A DNA stretch of 63,792 nucleotides, counting the filler, from Chiloscyllium plagiosum (taxonomy: Eukaryota): NCBI RefSeq assembly GCF_004010195.1. It is 4 parts of 2 records of this genome, joined end to end, with 100 filler letters (N's around TTAATTAATTAA, not from the genome) between each part and the next. Parts side by side here need not be neighbours in the genome. Positions count along the whole stretch, not along the records: positions 1 to 23,735 come from NC_057711.1; 3 more parts are not named here. One strand, written 5' to 3'. This document shows positions 1 to 12,409 of this stretch, piece by piece. Made by a program: the position numbers and the translations under genes. The first letter of the stretch is position 1; each line of letters starts with the position of its first letter. The notes below the pieces were generated by a model. It was not told the origin of the DNA and searched no databases. It saw nothing but the letters and a program-made list of their open reading frames with translations.

Positions 1-12
1 CCCCCTGCTGTA

Positions 13-272
13 TTAGTTTAAATCCAACTTAATAGCTTTAGCGAATTTTCCCCCCAGGATATTGGTACCCCTCTGGTTTAGATGAAGACCATCCTGCTTG
101 TAGAGGTCCCACCTACTCCAGAAAGAACTCCAATTATCCAAAAACCCGAAACCCTCCCTCTTGCACCATCCCTGTAGCCACGTGTTCAACTCCTTTCTCT
201 CCCTATTCCTCACCTCACTAGCACGTGGCACGGGCAGCAAACCAGAGAAAACAACTCTGTTTGTCCTAGCTC
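13..272 (-). mobile_element. CR1-type LINE ORF1 fragment, SGNH/GDSL esterase-like C-terminal part
   Basis: ORF 13..387 translates RVVFSGLLPVPRASEVRNRE...LNTWLQGWCKREGFGFLDNWSSFWSRWDLYKQDGLHLNQRG; DGLHL is the SGNH block V DxxH motif typical of CR1 ORF1 esterases. Confidence 0.8.
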
Positions 273-564
273 TAATCATTAGACTCTTAATTCCAAATAT
301 TCTTCTTCTGTTCCTATCAGCGATGTTTCTATATTTTGCCTCCAGATGCTGGTAAAATTCAGTCATTAAATCCTCTTGGAACTCCAACCAAAATATTCCT
401 CTTCTGTTGTTCTTTGATCCATGACCTCACATTTCCCTACATTGAACTTCAACTGCCATAGTTCTCCCACTAGTTTCCCCACGTTAAATTATAATTTCCT
501 GAACTTGCCTGCACAGGTTACAGTTCCTCTTAATTTAGTATGATTTGTAAATTTTGATATATTC

Positions 565-854
565 GGGCGGCATAGTGGCTCAGTGGTTAGCACTGCTGCC
601 TCACAGCACTAAGGTCCCAGGTTCAATTCCAGCCTCAGGTGACTGTTTGTGTGGAGTTTGCACATTCTCCCTGTGTCAGCGTGGGTTTCCTCCCACAGTC
701 CAAAGACGTGCAGGTCTGGTGAATTGACCATGCTAAATTGCCCCATAGTGTTAGGTCAGTTAGTCAGAGGGAGGTGGATCTGGATGGGTTGCTCTTTGGA
801 GGGTTGGTGTGGAAGGGCCTGTTTCCACACTGTAGGAAATCTAATCAAATTCTA
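565..854 (+). mobile_element. HE1-like tRNA-derived shark SINE
   Basis: A-box TGGCTCAGTGG, B-box GGTTCAATTCC, body GTGTGGAGTTTGCACATTCTCCC, 3' GGGCCTGTTTCCACACTGTAG and (CTAAT)-like tail. Confidence 0.85.
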
Positions 855-1412
855 TTTCTTCATCTTGTCACCACATGTGTTCTCGCCAGAAGAAGGGCTC
901 TGAACAAGTTGTCTTCTGATGCTTCATCTGAAACCATTTTTTAAACTGGTTTCTGGTCAGTGATGGTTTGACACTGCCTTTCCTTCCTGGGGACCAGACA
1001 ATGAGGCAGGTCCAAAATCTACTTCTGCTGGATTGGAAATTGAACCAATGATGTGGCATCAATCTGCACTGCACGCTAGACATCTAAGAGGCCTATATTA
1101 TTCATATATTAATAATATCTATATTATTAATATATATTGTGAAAGGTCAAAGCCCTATTACAGATCCTTTGGTATCAACTCTTACTGCATCTTGCCAGTA
1201 AGAAAATTATTCTGATTCTGAACACTCTGTTGCTGATCTCCCATCCAATTATAATCCCACAAGCTCTTCTGCAGTTCCATTTCTGATCAGTTTTGATGAT
1301 AAACCCTTGCCTGGAACTGTATCGATTGCACCTGGAAGACAATGTAGACAACATCTATCGATAACACTTATCAAAAATTTCAACAAGGTTAGTCAGGCAG
1401 GAATGATCTTTA

Positions 1413-1838
1413 TAAGTTATGAAGAAAGGCTGAGGGACTTGAGGCTGTTTTTATTAGAGAGAAGAAGGTTGAGAGGTGACTTAATTGAGACATACAAGAT
1501 GATCAGAGGATTAGATAGGGTGGACAGTGAGAGCCTTTTTCCTCAGATGTTGATGGCTAGCAGGAGAGAACATGGCTTTAAATTGAGGGGGATAGATATA
1601 GGACTGATGTCAGAGGTAATTTCTTTACTCAGAGAGTAGTAGGGGCATGGAACGCACTGCCTGTAACAGTCGTAGACTCGCCAGCTTTAAGGGCATTTAA
1701 ATGGTCATTAGATAAACATGTGGATAAAAATGGTGTAGTATAGGTTAGATGGGCTTCAGATTGGTTTCACAAGTGGGTGCAACATTGAGGGCCAAAGGGC
1801 CTGTACTGCGCTGTAATGTTCTATGATCTATGTTCTAT
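1413..1838 (+). mobile_element. CR1/HER1-like LINE 3' end
   Basis: SYEERLRDLRLFLLERRRLRGDLIETYKMIRGLDRVD (CR1 RT C-terminus), then 3'UTR and (GTTCTAT)-like tail. Confidence 0.85.
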
Positions 1839-2817
1839 AAATTCATTGAGTCTTGATTTGATCAGTTGGCACCAGTGCTTGGTCACTTTCTCTCTGATAA
1901 TACCAGCGACTTTGCCATATTGGTATAAAACTTTTCAATTTTATCAATCATAAAATTGACATTAAATGTCCTAAAATTAGTTAAGTATTAATGTACTGTA
2001 TTTAGTCAATTTTATATAAAGTAAGCCAAGTACAATATTTTAATGAACAATTGCTCAAAAACACATATTTCGGCCTGAAGAACTTTTTATTGATTTGCAC
2101 TTTCCTCATTTTTCTGAGATGACTGCATTTTCAAAAATCTGTATTTGACAGACTATTGATTTGATAGCCAAACAAATTCTTAGATAGCAACAACTTGATT
2201 AAATATGCATACAAAACGAGCATGTGAAATTTTTAATCAGAACCTTTCTGGAGACTGCACAGTACGTTGAGAAAACTTACAGAAAACAGCCTGCTCCTAC
2301 CTAATTAAGTAGTGCCTTTGGGCATAACAATGGTCAAGTTTACTGGTCTCCTATAGTCAGATATAGGAACATTGCTTCTAGCAGTAATAAATCAACTGAT
2401 GTGCAAAAAAAAATACTTTATTACTTTTTCACTATAAATGCTGGTGATTTTATTAATGGAAAACCAACATGAATAAATAATGCTGATAAAGATTGATAGA
2501 ACAGTAAGATACTAAACCAGGAATGTTAAGAGACACTGAGTCAGTGTATGGAAAACCCAAAAATCAGAGGAGACAGAAATCACATGACTGTAACTAATGT
2601 TGGAATGACCTGTTGTGCATATTTATGATGTTTTTCTCTCAAAAATGAATATGATGATGTCATAATGGTATTAATAATTGTATTATTGGGAATAGGCCTT
2701 GTTATATTTGAGAACACGGTGATGGGTAAGGTGACCCTCAGGTGAGGATTGTGTGGAGAGAAATCGTCTGCTCAGATATTCATTCTCCAGACAATGGGGT
2801 AGACATGTTAGAGAAAT

Positions 2818-3028
2818 GATGTGGAGGTGCTGCTGTTGGACTGGGGTGGACAAAGTCTGAAGTCACACAATACCAGGTTGTAGTCCAATAGGTTTATTTA
2901 CAATCACAAGCTTTTGGAGCGCTGCTCCTTCATCAGGTGAGGTGATGGAAGGAGCAGCGCTTCAAAAGATTGTGATCATAAATAAACCTGTTCGACTATA
3001 ATCTGATGGCGCATGGCTTCTGACTTTG
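2818..3028. mobile_element. PLE family B fold-back terminus with degenerate hammerhead
   Basis: Inverted arms of GGACTGGGGTGGACAAAG...GGAGCGCTGCTCCTTCATCAG; imperfect flanking duplication TAGAGAAATG/TAAAGAAATG. Confidence 0.75.
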
Positions 3029-3539
3029 ATAAAGAAATGTTCGAGCAGCTTATTCTCAGAGATATATTCTCCTTTTTCAGGCCAGCAGACACTTTACAAG
3101 TTAACTTGCTTTTATTTTACCGATAAAGAATTGCAAGGTCATATTAGGATATCCTTGCAGAGTGACAAACTATCCAGGCTGCAGTGGCTATAAAGTAACC
3201 TAAGGTCTGAGATTGCAATCACAAAAGCTAATTTTTATTTATTCTTCCATTGACAGTTATGGAAGTGTGGGTGTAACTCAGAAATATCATAATTACCAGA
3301 GAAGAAAGACTGAGTAAATTGTGGGAGTTGCAAGCTGAAAAGTGCTTGGCTTCTGTTAGACTTTATCCTAAGGACTGAAAAGAAGTGGGTAGTGAGATAG
3401 TTGATGCATTGGTTTTAATTTTGCAAACGTCCTTTGATTCTTGGATAGTGCCATTAGATTGGAAGATAAAAAGAACCATAGGCCAGTTAGATTAACATCT
3501 GTCAAGGGGAAATGTTAGAAGGTATTACTAAAGAAATTG

Positions 3540-3746
3540 CTAAATGGAAGAGCCGGTGTTGGACTGGGGTGGACAAAGTTAAAAATCACATAACACTGGG
3601 TTATAGTTCAACGGGTTTATTTGGAAGCACTAGCTTTCAGAGTGCTGCTCCTTCATCAGGTGGTTGTGATGATGAAGGAGCAGCGCTCCGAAAGCTAGTG
3701 CTTCCAAATAATCCTGTTGGACTACAACCTCATGTTGTGTGATTTT
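3540..3746. mobile_element. PLE family B fold-back with TSD
   Basis: Inverted arms meeting at the hammerhead motif; TSD TAAAGAAATTG at 3529-3539 and 3747-3757. Confidence 0.85.
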
Positions 3747-4468
3747 TAAAGAAATTGTGACAAGGCACTTGGTTATGTTCAAGGTAATGAGGCAGAGCTA
3801 ACACAATTGTTTGAATAGGAAATAATGTTTGACCAAACTTGGACTTCTTTATGGAGATGTAACACTTAATATGGATAAAGGGAAAACAGTTGATGTAGTG
3901 CACCTAGGTTTCAAGAAGGCATCTACTTAAGTGGCACATCAAAGGTTACTGCAAGAAATAAGTTCAAAGGGTAGAATGCTGGTATGGATAGAAGATTGGT
4001 ATAAATGGGTCTCTCTAAGGATGGCAAGATATAACAAGCAGTGTGCCACAGGGGTCAGTGCTGGGACCTCAACTGTTTACAACTTAATAGGAAATTACTT
4101 TAAGTGACTTAAATGAAAGGATGAAACATTTGATTGCCAAATTTGATTACAACACATAGATAGGTAGGAACATTAGTTGTAAAGAGGACAAAATATAGAT
4201 AAGTTAAATGAGTGGGCAAAGATATTGCAAGTGGAGCATAATGTAGGATTGTCCATTCCAGCAGGAAGAACAAAAAATAATTATATTATCTAAATGATGA
4301 GAGATTGCAGAGCCGAGATGTGGAGGAAACTAGGTACACACTTGTATGAACCACAAAACATTAGTCTGTAGGTACAGCAAATAATTAGGAAACATAATAG
4401 AACATTATCATACATAACAAGGGGAATAGAATATAGGGTACTTGGGAGACTGCTTCTGGAGTAGTGTA

Positions 4469-4673
4469 AGCAAAAGTGAGGACTGCAGATGATGGAGATT
4501 AGAGTCGAGAGTGTCATGCTGGAAAAGCACAGCAGGTCAGGCAGCGTCCAAAGAGCAGGGAAATCAACGCTACGGGCAAACGCCCTTTATCAGGACTTTT
4601 GCCCGAAATGTTGATTTTCCTGCTCCTTGGATGCTGTCTGACCTGCTGTGCTTTTCCAGCACCACACTCTTGA
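4469..4673. mobile_element. PLE family A fold-back with TSD
   Basis: CAAAAGTGAGGACTGCAG...CTGGAAAAGCACAGCAGGTCAGGCAGC and its inverse; TSD CTTCTGGAGTA at 4453-4463 and 4674-4684. Confidence 0.85.
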
Positions 4674-4984
4674 CTTCTGGAGTAATGGGCACAGTATTAG
4701 TGAACTTATCAAAAGAAGGATGTAAATTCATTGATGCAGTCAGAGAAGGTTTACGCAACTAGTAGCTGGAATGGAAGTTGGATTGTGCTTGTGTCTGCTC
4801 GAGTTTAGAAGAGTTAAGAGGCCAGCTGAGTGCAACTTAATGCCCTGAGTAATCTCGACAAGCAGATGAGGAGTGGATGTTTTCTTTTTGGTGAGAATTA
4901 TAGAACTAGAGGTCAATGTTTAAAAATTTCTCTCGCCTCTAGATTGCATAGTTCAGCACTATGCATGACACCTAATATACTGAA

Positions 4985-5785
4985 GCAATCATGTCCACAC
5001 ACATTATGACCTGGACAATATTCTGACTTGGGCTACCAAGAGGCAAGTAGCATTTGTGCCACACAAGTGTCTGGCAATGATCATCTGCAAAAAAGAGAAT
5101 ATCCAGCCATCACCACTTGACATTCAATAGCATTATGATAATTGGATCCCCTACTGTCAACATCCTATAATTTACTAGTGACCAGAAACTGAACTGGTCA
5201 GCCATATAAATACTATGGCTAGAAAACAGATCAGAGGCTAGGAATTCCGCATCAGGTGTCTCACCTCTGGTTTTCCCAAAAGCTTTTCCAGCATCTACAA
5301 GTTGCAAATCAGGATGTGTTTAATACTCCCCCCTTGTCTGGATGAGTGCATTTCCTCCAACAATCAAGAAGCTTGACTCTCCAGGACAAAGCAAACCACT
5401 TCATCTTTCCTTCATCCACCCCATCCTTCAACATTTACTCCCTTTACCACCGACAGCACAGTCGCAGTAGTGTGTACCATCCACAGGATGCACCTCACCA
5501 CATAACTCATTGAGGCTCCTCTGGCAGCTCCTTTCAAATCCACAACCTCTATCAGCTGGAAGCAGGGGCTGCACATGGATAGGAGGACAACCAGTTAAAA
5601 TGGTCTTCAAGCCATTCATTGTTTCCTTGCCTTCAGTGTCACTGGAAACCCTCCTGAACAGCATTGTGGGTATACCCACACCAAATGGGGTGGAGCAGCT
5701 CACCACCACCTTCTCAAAAGCAATAAGGAACAGACATTATGCTGTCCTGCCAAGAAAGCTCACATCCTATGAATGCATTAAAAAA
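4985..5785 (+). mobile_element. CR1/L2-clade LINE 3' portion (second family)
   Basis: Same sequence as 12410-13320(-), 20660-21010, 44100-45040 and 60550-60815; shared 3' end CAGCTCACCACCACCTTCTCAA. Confidence 0.7.
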
Positions 5786-6517
5786 AACAGATTTACCAGA
5801 ACTAACTTCCAATATTTTTCAAAGCCTTCAATGTCAAACTATTGTAAAGTGTGAACAAAATTGAAAAATAAAGATATTTTTCACAGATTTCTCATGTTAT
5901 GTATTTTCATCTTTTTTTTTTGACATAGAGTACATTTGTAGGCAAATTGTGTTACATAGAGGCCTTCCTCAGCAATCTTGAAGCTCCGTTTAAGATGAAT
6001 TCATGCACAGGTCTTTAACTATTTTCCTGCAATATCAATCATTTGTCTCCTCCATGGCAAAGGAAAGGGAATTAACTGGACTTTCATCTGATTGCCCCCT
6101 TGGGGAGAGTTGCTACAGCACAATGCCTGTTATATTTTTCTCTTTTCACAGTCATGATGCTATAAGTAATTACTTGTGTCAACATTTGAAAAAAATGTTT
6201 TGGCATAATACAGTGTTGCATAAATACAAGTATTACTGATGCATTTTGCATTTTTCGGTCCATAGTTGCACTAAATTAAAGACTATGGCTCCAAGACTAA
6301 CTCCAGACACTTTATTGACTAGAAAGTGCTTTGGGCCAGACTGATATTATGAAAACAAAAGTTTTATTAATACATGTTTTCTTTCAATACAAGTTTGCGA
6401 TAATTGATTGAGCAAGTTGACCCTCTGTACTTGATTCAATGCAATTGCCATTTACTGCTCCAACAGGCCATCAGAGCAGTCACATGTTAATATTATTGGC
6501 ATGGATTTGAGTACTAC

Positions 6518-7168
6518 TGGGCAAAACTTCAATATTCCCCACTGACCTATCTGAAAGTGGGAGGTTGTGGGTGGGGGAAGACTGTAAAGTTGCCAAAGTA
6601 GACTTTTCACCATTTCCCACCCACCCCTCATTTATGAGGCCACCTAGAAGAGTTCGGGGGTCTCATGATACAGTCTGTAGGCAATGCTTTTGGATTTCAG
6701 GTGGGAACTTTGAGATGGGCCAAATCCCTTCATGGTTAACTTTACATATTGGCATCCTCTGCACCCCATTTCTGAAGGTCTGCCCCCTGTAAGTGCTGTC
6801 TCTGGACGTGGCATCTATACCTCTCTCTCCAAACACCTTCCTGGGCTCATCTCCTATCCCCACCATCAGACACCCACTCCCCATCACAGTTTATCTGATC
6901 CTGAACTCTGGGACTTCCAGTTGGGGGCTGCTTATAGTTCCAGCCCAGCTATCACTGTCATTGGCATTGCTGAAACTCAAGAACTGCCGCCCCCATCAGA
7001 TTAGCGGGCAGTTCTTTGAGTTGGGTTTTTGGATTTCTGGCTGGGTAAAGGGTGCAAAGTCCCATCTCCGGCCCTCGATGCTCTCGTGAGCTTTGAATGG
7101 CTGCAGTTTTGCCAATATCATCATGGACTCTTGGAGAGGGGAGATCCAACATCCTAAAATTCTTCCCA
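6518..7168. mobile_element. Possible old non-autonomous DNA transposon (MITE-like)
   Basis: Imperfect terminal inverted repeat CTGGGCAAAACTT ... AAATTCTTCCCAG around a more GC-rich block. Confidence 0.3.
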
Positions 7169-7244
7169 GCTGTTGTTCATGTGTGAGAAAATGCCTTGTG
7201 AACTTTAGAATTGAGATCTTAGGAATAGCAATTTAATGATAATG

Positions 7245-7530
7245 ATCATGAATTAGTAATCTAGAGGTGCATCTAGAGGTATGCATTCAGATCTCACTAG
7301 GACCGATGGGAAAGTTAAAGTTTAATTAAATAATAAACCTTAGGAAAACATAGTCACAGGAATTATGATTATGAAACAATAGGATAATTGTAAAATCTCC
7401 CCTGCTTCACTATTGTCCTTTACAGAAGGAAATCTGCCAGCTTTACCTGGTCTGACCTACATATGAATCACACCCACACTCATGTGATGAATTCTTAACT
7501 GTCTTCTTAAGTGGCTTAGCAGGTTACCTA
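7245..7530 (+). mobile_element. Degenerate shark SINE-like element
   Basis: CTTCACTATTGTCCTTTACAGAAGGAAATCTGCCAGCTTTACCTGGTCTGACCTACAT core recognisable as a common elasmobranch repeat. Confidence 0.5.
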
Positions 7531-7899
7531 GTTGGAACAAATCACTACAGAAAAGTTGAATAAGAATCAAACCAAATTCACCACCCTATTCACTGACCTA
7601 TTATCGTGATATGATAAAGGGACCCTGTTGTATATGTGTCTGGAAGAGTCTCAAAGGATTAATACTTGACTGAAAACAATAAGCACTGCCTATTGTAATG
7701 ATACCATGAAGATTTCATGAGGTAGAAAAGTAACATCTCACGGAAGACAGACCCAAGGCTCGGTCATCCTAACAATTACGGCATAGTGTAGTTCTGCTAC
7801 ATAACCAGTCGCTGAGATGCAATAAACTATACTGTTTAAAGCCCTCAGAAATTCAATGATCTGGTTCAGGGGGCATCACACTTAATGTTGAATGTATGC

Positions 7900-8940
7900 T
7901 CCAAGCAACATGCCAACGGAGGGAGTAACAATTACTAGAAAATCTGTATTCACTTCACAATAAGGAACGCTCACTTTTGAGAAGAAACACATTTCATTCA
8001 AAAGGTGGGGGGGAAGGTTAAGGAACAGAAACGGAAGAGTTTCTTCAAAAAGGAATATACCAGTTTGTTCAAAGGTTTAGGAAAGCTAAATAAAACTGAA
8101 TATAAAATTTCAGTGAAGAAAGTGCAAAATGCGTATGTCTTTATATATTCAGAGAATTACCATCAACTTGTAAAAAAATGGCAAAAATAGGCATTGTTTC
8201 TATATTCATAAAACCAACGGAATGTTGTTTGGGTAAGCTTATTGTACTTAAGTCTAATGGTATTATATGAATTATATTGATGTTACACACCCAATGGGAG
8301 AAATTCACCCTATGTCCACAGTTCATAATAGTTAAGCTAAACTACCCAAAAGCAGAGTTATCACAAAACTCAATACAGATAGTGATTCCGGACAGTGCCA
8401 TTGACCGAGCAGTCAACAATTGCTCGCCATATTTATAACCTCTTTGGACAACTTTGATTTAATGGTTTTTATTTCAAATTTGTATCTGTCCCTGAGATCT
8501 TCCAATAAATCATGTCAAACAGTTTGCAAGAGGCGTATGCCGCATTGACAATATACTGATTCATGGGGAAATGTTTGGAGAACCTGGAGTTTAAAGCATT
8601 CACAAGAAGAGAGCATTACATGTAACATTAGCTTTGAATTCTTCAGAGAATCTCTTCGTGTTTTTTGGGACCCACAGAATAAAGGAATAATGGCTGGTCC
8701 TCAGAACACTAACATTATTACTGCATTCTCCACTGCAAGGTTAGGCCTGAAACGTCAGATTCTTCGAAATGGTGAATCTTTGACAAGGTATTTGCCTAAC
8801 TTATCAGCCATTGCTGAAACCTTAAGATCACTTCTTCAAGAAATAAAAATGGGATTGGAAACCACATGAAGATAATGCTTTTCAGAAGGTTGAAAAAGTG
8901 TTGATGTCTACACATGTCTTAGCACATTACATTCTGTCAT
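7900..8940 (+). mobile_element. Ty3/Gypsy pol remnant (RT/RNase H)
   Basis: Decayed LFKGLGKL, PTEW...PK.NG, ITPFG-like, PEIFQ and CxxDDILIHG-like (TGCCGCATTGACAATATACTGATTCATGGG) segments in Gypsy order. Confidence 0.7.
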
Positions 8941-9111
8941 TTCCAAGAATTATCTAGTTATTTCCATGGAACAGATATATGAATGCATCAACCACATAAA
9001 TATTTTGGTCCCAGTGCAAGCCAGAGGCTGGGAATACTTTAATGAGTACTTCATCTCCTAACACCACAAAGCCTATTCACCATTTACAAGGACCAAGTCT
9101 GGAGTATGATA

Positions 9112-9290
9112 ACATCTGTGCAGAGAAAGCAGGGTTAATGTTTAAGGTTCAGTAACCCTTCATCAGAGTCACTGGACGCAAAACGTTAATGCTGCTTTCT
9201 CTCCATAGATGCCGCCAGACCTGCTGAGCTTTTCCAATAATTTCTGTTTTTGTTTCAAATTTCCAGCATCTGCAATTGTCTATTTTATTC
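9112..9290. mobile_element. PLE-derived family D short fold-back, inserted in a LINE fragment
   Basis: CATCTGTGCAGAGAAAGCAGGGTTAATG and inverse ACGTTAATGCTGCTTTCTCTCCATAGATG; flanked by direct repeat TCTGGAGTATGATA. Confidence 0.7.
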
Positions 9291-9757
9291 TGGAGTATGA
9301 TATTTGTGCTTGTAGATGAATACAAATCCAGCAACACGTGGAGAATATTGAGATACAAGTATAAAATAACACATGTTTTAGAATAATGAAGTTGTTGGAG
9401 TTGAAATGTTAGACATAAGATAAATAGAAAACTGATCTGTGTTTCCTTTGCAAGAATCACAGTAGGGAGTGTGTAAATTTAAACAATGGATGACCCACAT
9501 CTGGACCTCCTAGTGTATCTAGAAAGCTTGGAAAGACAGCAATTATATCCATTAGGCCATACATTATTCATGAGGGTGGTGGAATCAAAGTGGGGAAGTT
9601 TGACCGTGGTGCGCCATTTCAAACAATGGAAGAGAAAGCATGCATCACTTCTGCTCTCTTGGCATTTTCCCATATCCACATGACTGAAGTTAATATTTAA
9701 TGCACTGGTAGTTTGCAGAAGAAAATTATACTGTTCCACAATGGGCGATGATTTCCG

Positions 9758-9803
9758 TTATTGAAACCCGCCGTCAGTTGACCATGCTGCAAATGTGGGT
9801 GGG
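9758..9803 (-). CDS. Candidate last coding exon of a tentative 71-aa spliced ORF
   Basis: Acceptor TTTTTTTTCATAG; reads (S)PPTFAAWSTDGGFQ*; phase-compatible with exon 13366-13523; lies in non-repeat DNA. Confidence 0.25.
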
Positions 9804-9968
9804 CTATGAAAAAAAATGTTCAGGTCAAACGGAGTTTCTATATCATGAGCAATACTTTTATACTTTACCACTAACGTAAGACTTATTGAGAGTATAAAGG
9901 TAGCAGATGTTTACTAATTTAAATCTCACGTGTGAAGAATTCACATTACATTGGTCTTACTATACTCA

Positions 9969-12376
9969 GAGAGAAAGTGAGGACTGCAGATACTGGAGAT
10001 CAGAGTTGAAAAGAGGGGCACTGGAAGAGCACAGCAGGTCAGGCATCATCTGAGGAGTAGGAAAGCATAAGCTCTTCATCAGGAATGTGGGGGTGTGGTG
10101 TGGGAATGGAAGGGGGCTGAGAGATAAATAGGAGCATGAGGGTGGGGCTGGGGAAGGTAGCTTGAAAGGCAATAGGTAGATGCAGGTGGGAGATGATAGT
10201 GATAGGTTGGAGGGGAGGGTGAGCAGATAGGTGAGAAGGAAGATGGACAAGTCAGACAGTTCAAGGGTGCCACGTTGGAGGGTTGGATCTGGAATGAAGT
10301 GGAGTGAAGTGAAACGATGAAACTGGTGAAGACGACATTGATACGGTGTGGTTGGAAGATCCCAAGCTGGAAGATGAGATGTTCTTCCTCAAGTCATCGG
10401 ATGGCTTGGATTTAGTGATGGAGTAGGCCCGGGACTTGTATGTCTTTGGTGGAATGGGACAGGTAGTTGAAGTGTTCGGCTACAGGGTGGTGGGCTGATT
10501 GGTGCGGGTGTCCTGGAGATATTTCCTCAAACGATCCGCGAGGTGGTGTCCTGTCTCTCTGATGTAGAGGAGACCACATCGAGAGCAACAGACATAGTAG
10601 ATGAGGTGTTTGGATGTGCACGAAAATCTCTGTCGGATGTGGAAGGATCCTTTTGGGCCTTGGATGGAAGTGAGGGGTGGGAAGGAGGTATGGGAGCAAG
10701 TTTTGCACCTCTTGTGGTGGCAATGGAAGATGCCAGGAGTGCAGGGTGAGTTGGTAGGTGACGTGGACCTAACAAGTGAGTCGCAGAGGGAATGGTCTCT
10801 GTGGAATGGAGATAGGGGTGGGGAGGGAAATATATCTCTGGAAGTGAGGAGTGACTGTAGATGGTGGAAATGGCGGAGGATAATGCACTGTGTCCAGAGA
10901 TTAGTGGGGAGGAAGGTGAGCACTGGGGTGTGTTCTATCCTTGTTACGGTTGGAGGGGTGGGGTTCAAGCATGGAGATGTGGGAAATGGAGGAGATACGC
11001 TGGAAGGCATTGTTGATCACATGGATGGGGAAATTGTGGTCCTTGAAGTAGGAGGCCATCTGGGATGTCCTGAAGTGGAATTGCTCCTCCTGGGAGCAGA
11101 TACAGTGGAGGCAGAGGAATTTGGAGTAAGGGATAGAATTTTTATGGGGGAGTTGGGAGGAGGTGTTGTCCAGGTAGCTGTGGGAGTCGGTTTGAAGTAG
11201 ATGTCTGTGTTGAGTTGGTCACCGGAGATGGAGATGGAGAGGTCCAGGAAGGGGAGAGAGGTATCTGAGATGGTCAAGGTGAACTTGAGGTCAGGGTGGA
11301 AGGTGCTCGTGAAGTCGATGAACTGTTTAAACTCTCATGGGAGCACGAGGAGGTGCCAATACAGTCATCAATGTAGCTGAGGAAAAGGTGGGGGATGGCG
11401 CTGATGTAACTGCAGAAGATGGACTATTCCATGTAACCAGGTAAAAACAATGACTACAGATGCTGGAAACCAGATTCTGGATTAGTGGTGCTGGAAGAGC
11501 ACAGCAGATCAGGCAGCATCCGAGGGGCAGTAATATTGACGTTTCGGGCAAAAGCCCTTCATCAAGGGCCAGGCATAGCTGGGGCCCATGCACGTGCCCA
11601 TGACTACCCCTTTGGTCTGAAGGAAGATGGAGGATTTGAAGGTGAAGCTGTTGAGGATGAGGATCAGTTCCACCAATCGAATGAGTGTGTCGGTGGAGGG
11701 TTACTGGTTGGGTCGGTGGGAGAGGAAGAAACTGAGTGCTTGGAGGCCTTCGTCATGACGGATGGATGTGTTCAGGGACTGGATGCCTGTGGTGAAGATG
11801 AGGCATTGGGGGTTGGGGAAATGAGGTGGAGGGTGTGGGTGGTGTCCCAAATGTATGTACTCACGCACATCTTGCACCTAACATCAAATTCACCTGGACT
11901 GTCCTGTGGCTGGCCACTTCAAATCTCCCTCCCACTCCAGCAAGGACATGCAAGTCCTGCGACTCCTCCACCTCCAAATCCCAGCCACCCAGCACCTGGA
12001 GGAAGAATACTGCATCTTCAGCCTTGGAACCCTCCAACCACTTGGCATCAATGTCTACTTCTCCCATTTCCTTAACCCCCCTTCCCCCACCTCATCCGAG
12101 ATCCAACCCTCCAACTCAATACCACACTCTTGAACTGTCCTACCTGTCCATCTTCCTTCCCACCTATCCGCTGCACCATCCTCTCCAACCCATCACCATC
12201 ACCCCTCCACCTGCATTTACCAATTGCCTTCCCAGCTACCTTCTCCCCACCCCTACCCCACCCTGCTATTTATGTCTCAACCCCTTTATCCACATCACAT
12301 TCCTGATGAAGGGCTTATGTCTGAAACGTCAACTGTCCTGCTCCTGCTGTGCTTTTCCAGTGCCACACTTTTCAAC
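9969..12376 (-). mobile_element. Penelope-like retroelement (family A): RT + GIY-YIG endonuclease remnant with inverted 3' copy
   Basis: Minus strand: YIDDCIG (~11360-11375), LPFLDLSISISGDQLNTDIYFKPT, C..RCKTC...LIYYVCCSRCGLLYIRETG (GIY-YIG). Plus-strand inverted 3' copy ~11860-12376. TSD TCTTACTATACTCA/TCTTACTAGATTCA at 9955-9968 and 12377-12390. Confidence 0.9.
11440..11565 (-). mobile_element. PLE family A' terminus nested in the PLE RT
   Basis: GGTAAAAACAATGACTACAGATGCTGG...GACGTTTCGGGCAAAAGCCCTTCATCA interrupts the RT sequence. Confidence 0.8.
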
Positions 12377-12409
12377 TCTTACTAGATTCATGTATGCATC
12401 ATTGTTTTT

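Larger units (their letters stand above)
3270..4930 (+). mobile_element. Degenerate CR1-like LINE RT region, interrupted by two PLE insertions
   Basis: Decayed RT motifs: GTGTGCCACAGGGGTCAGTGCTGGGACC (GVPQGSVLGP-like) and GCCAAATTTGAT (KFAD-like); many stops. Confidence 0.75.

Noticed and set aside
5940..6030. Minus-strand acceptor followed by KIVKDLCMNSS*
   Set aside because: Single splice-like site with no supported partner exon or recognisable protein
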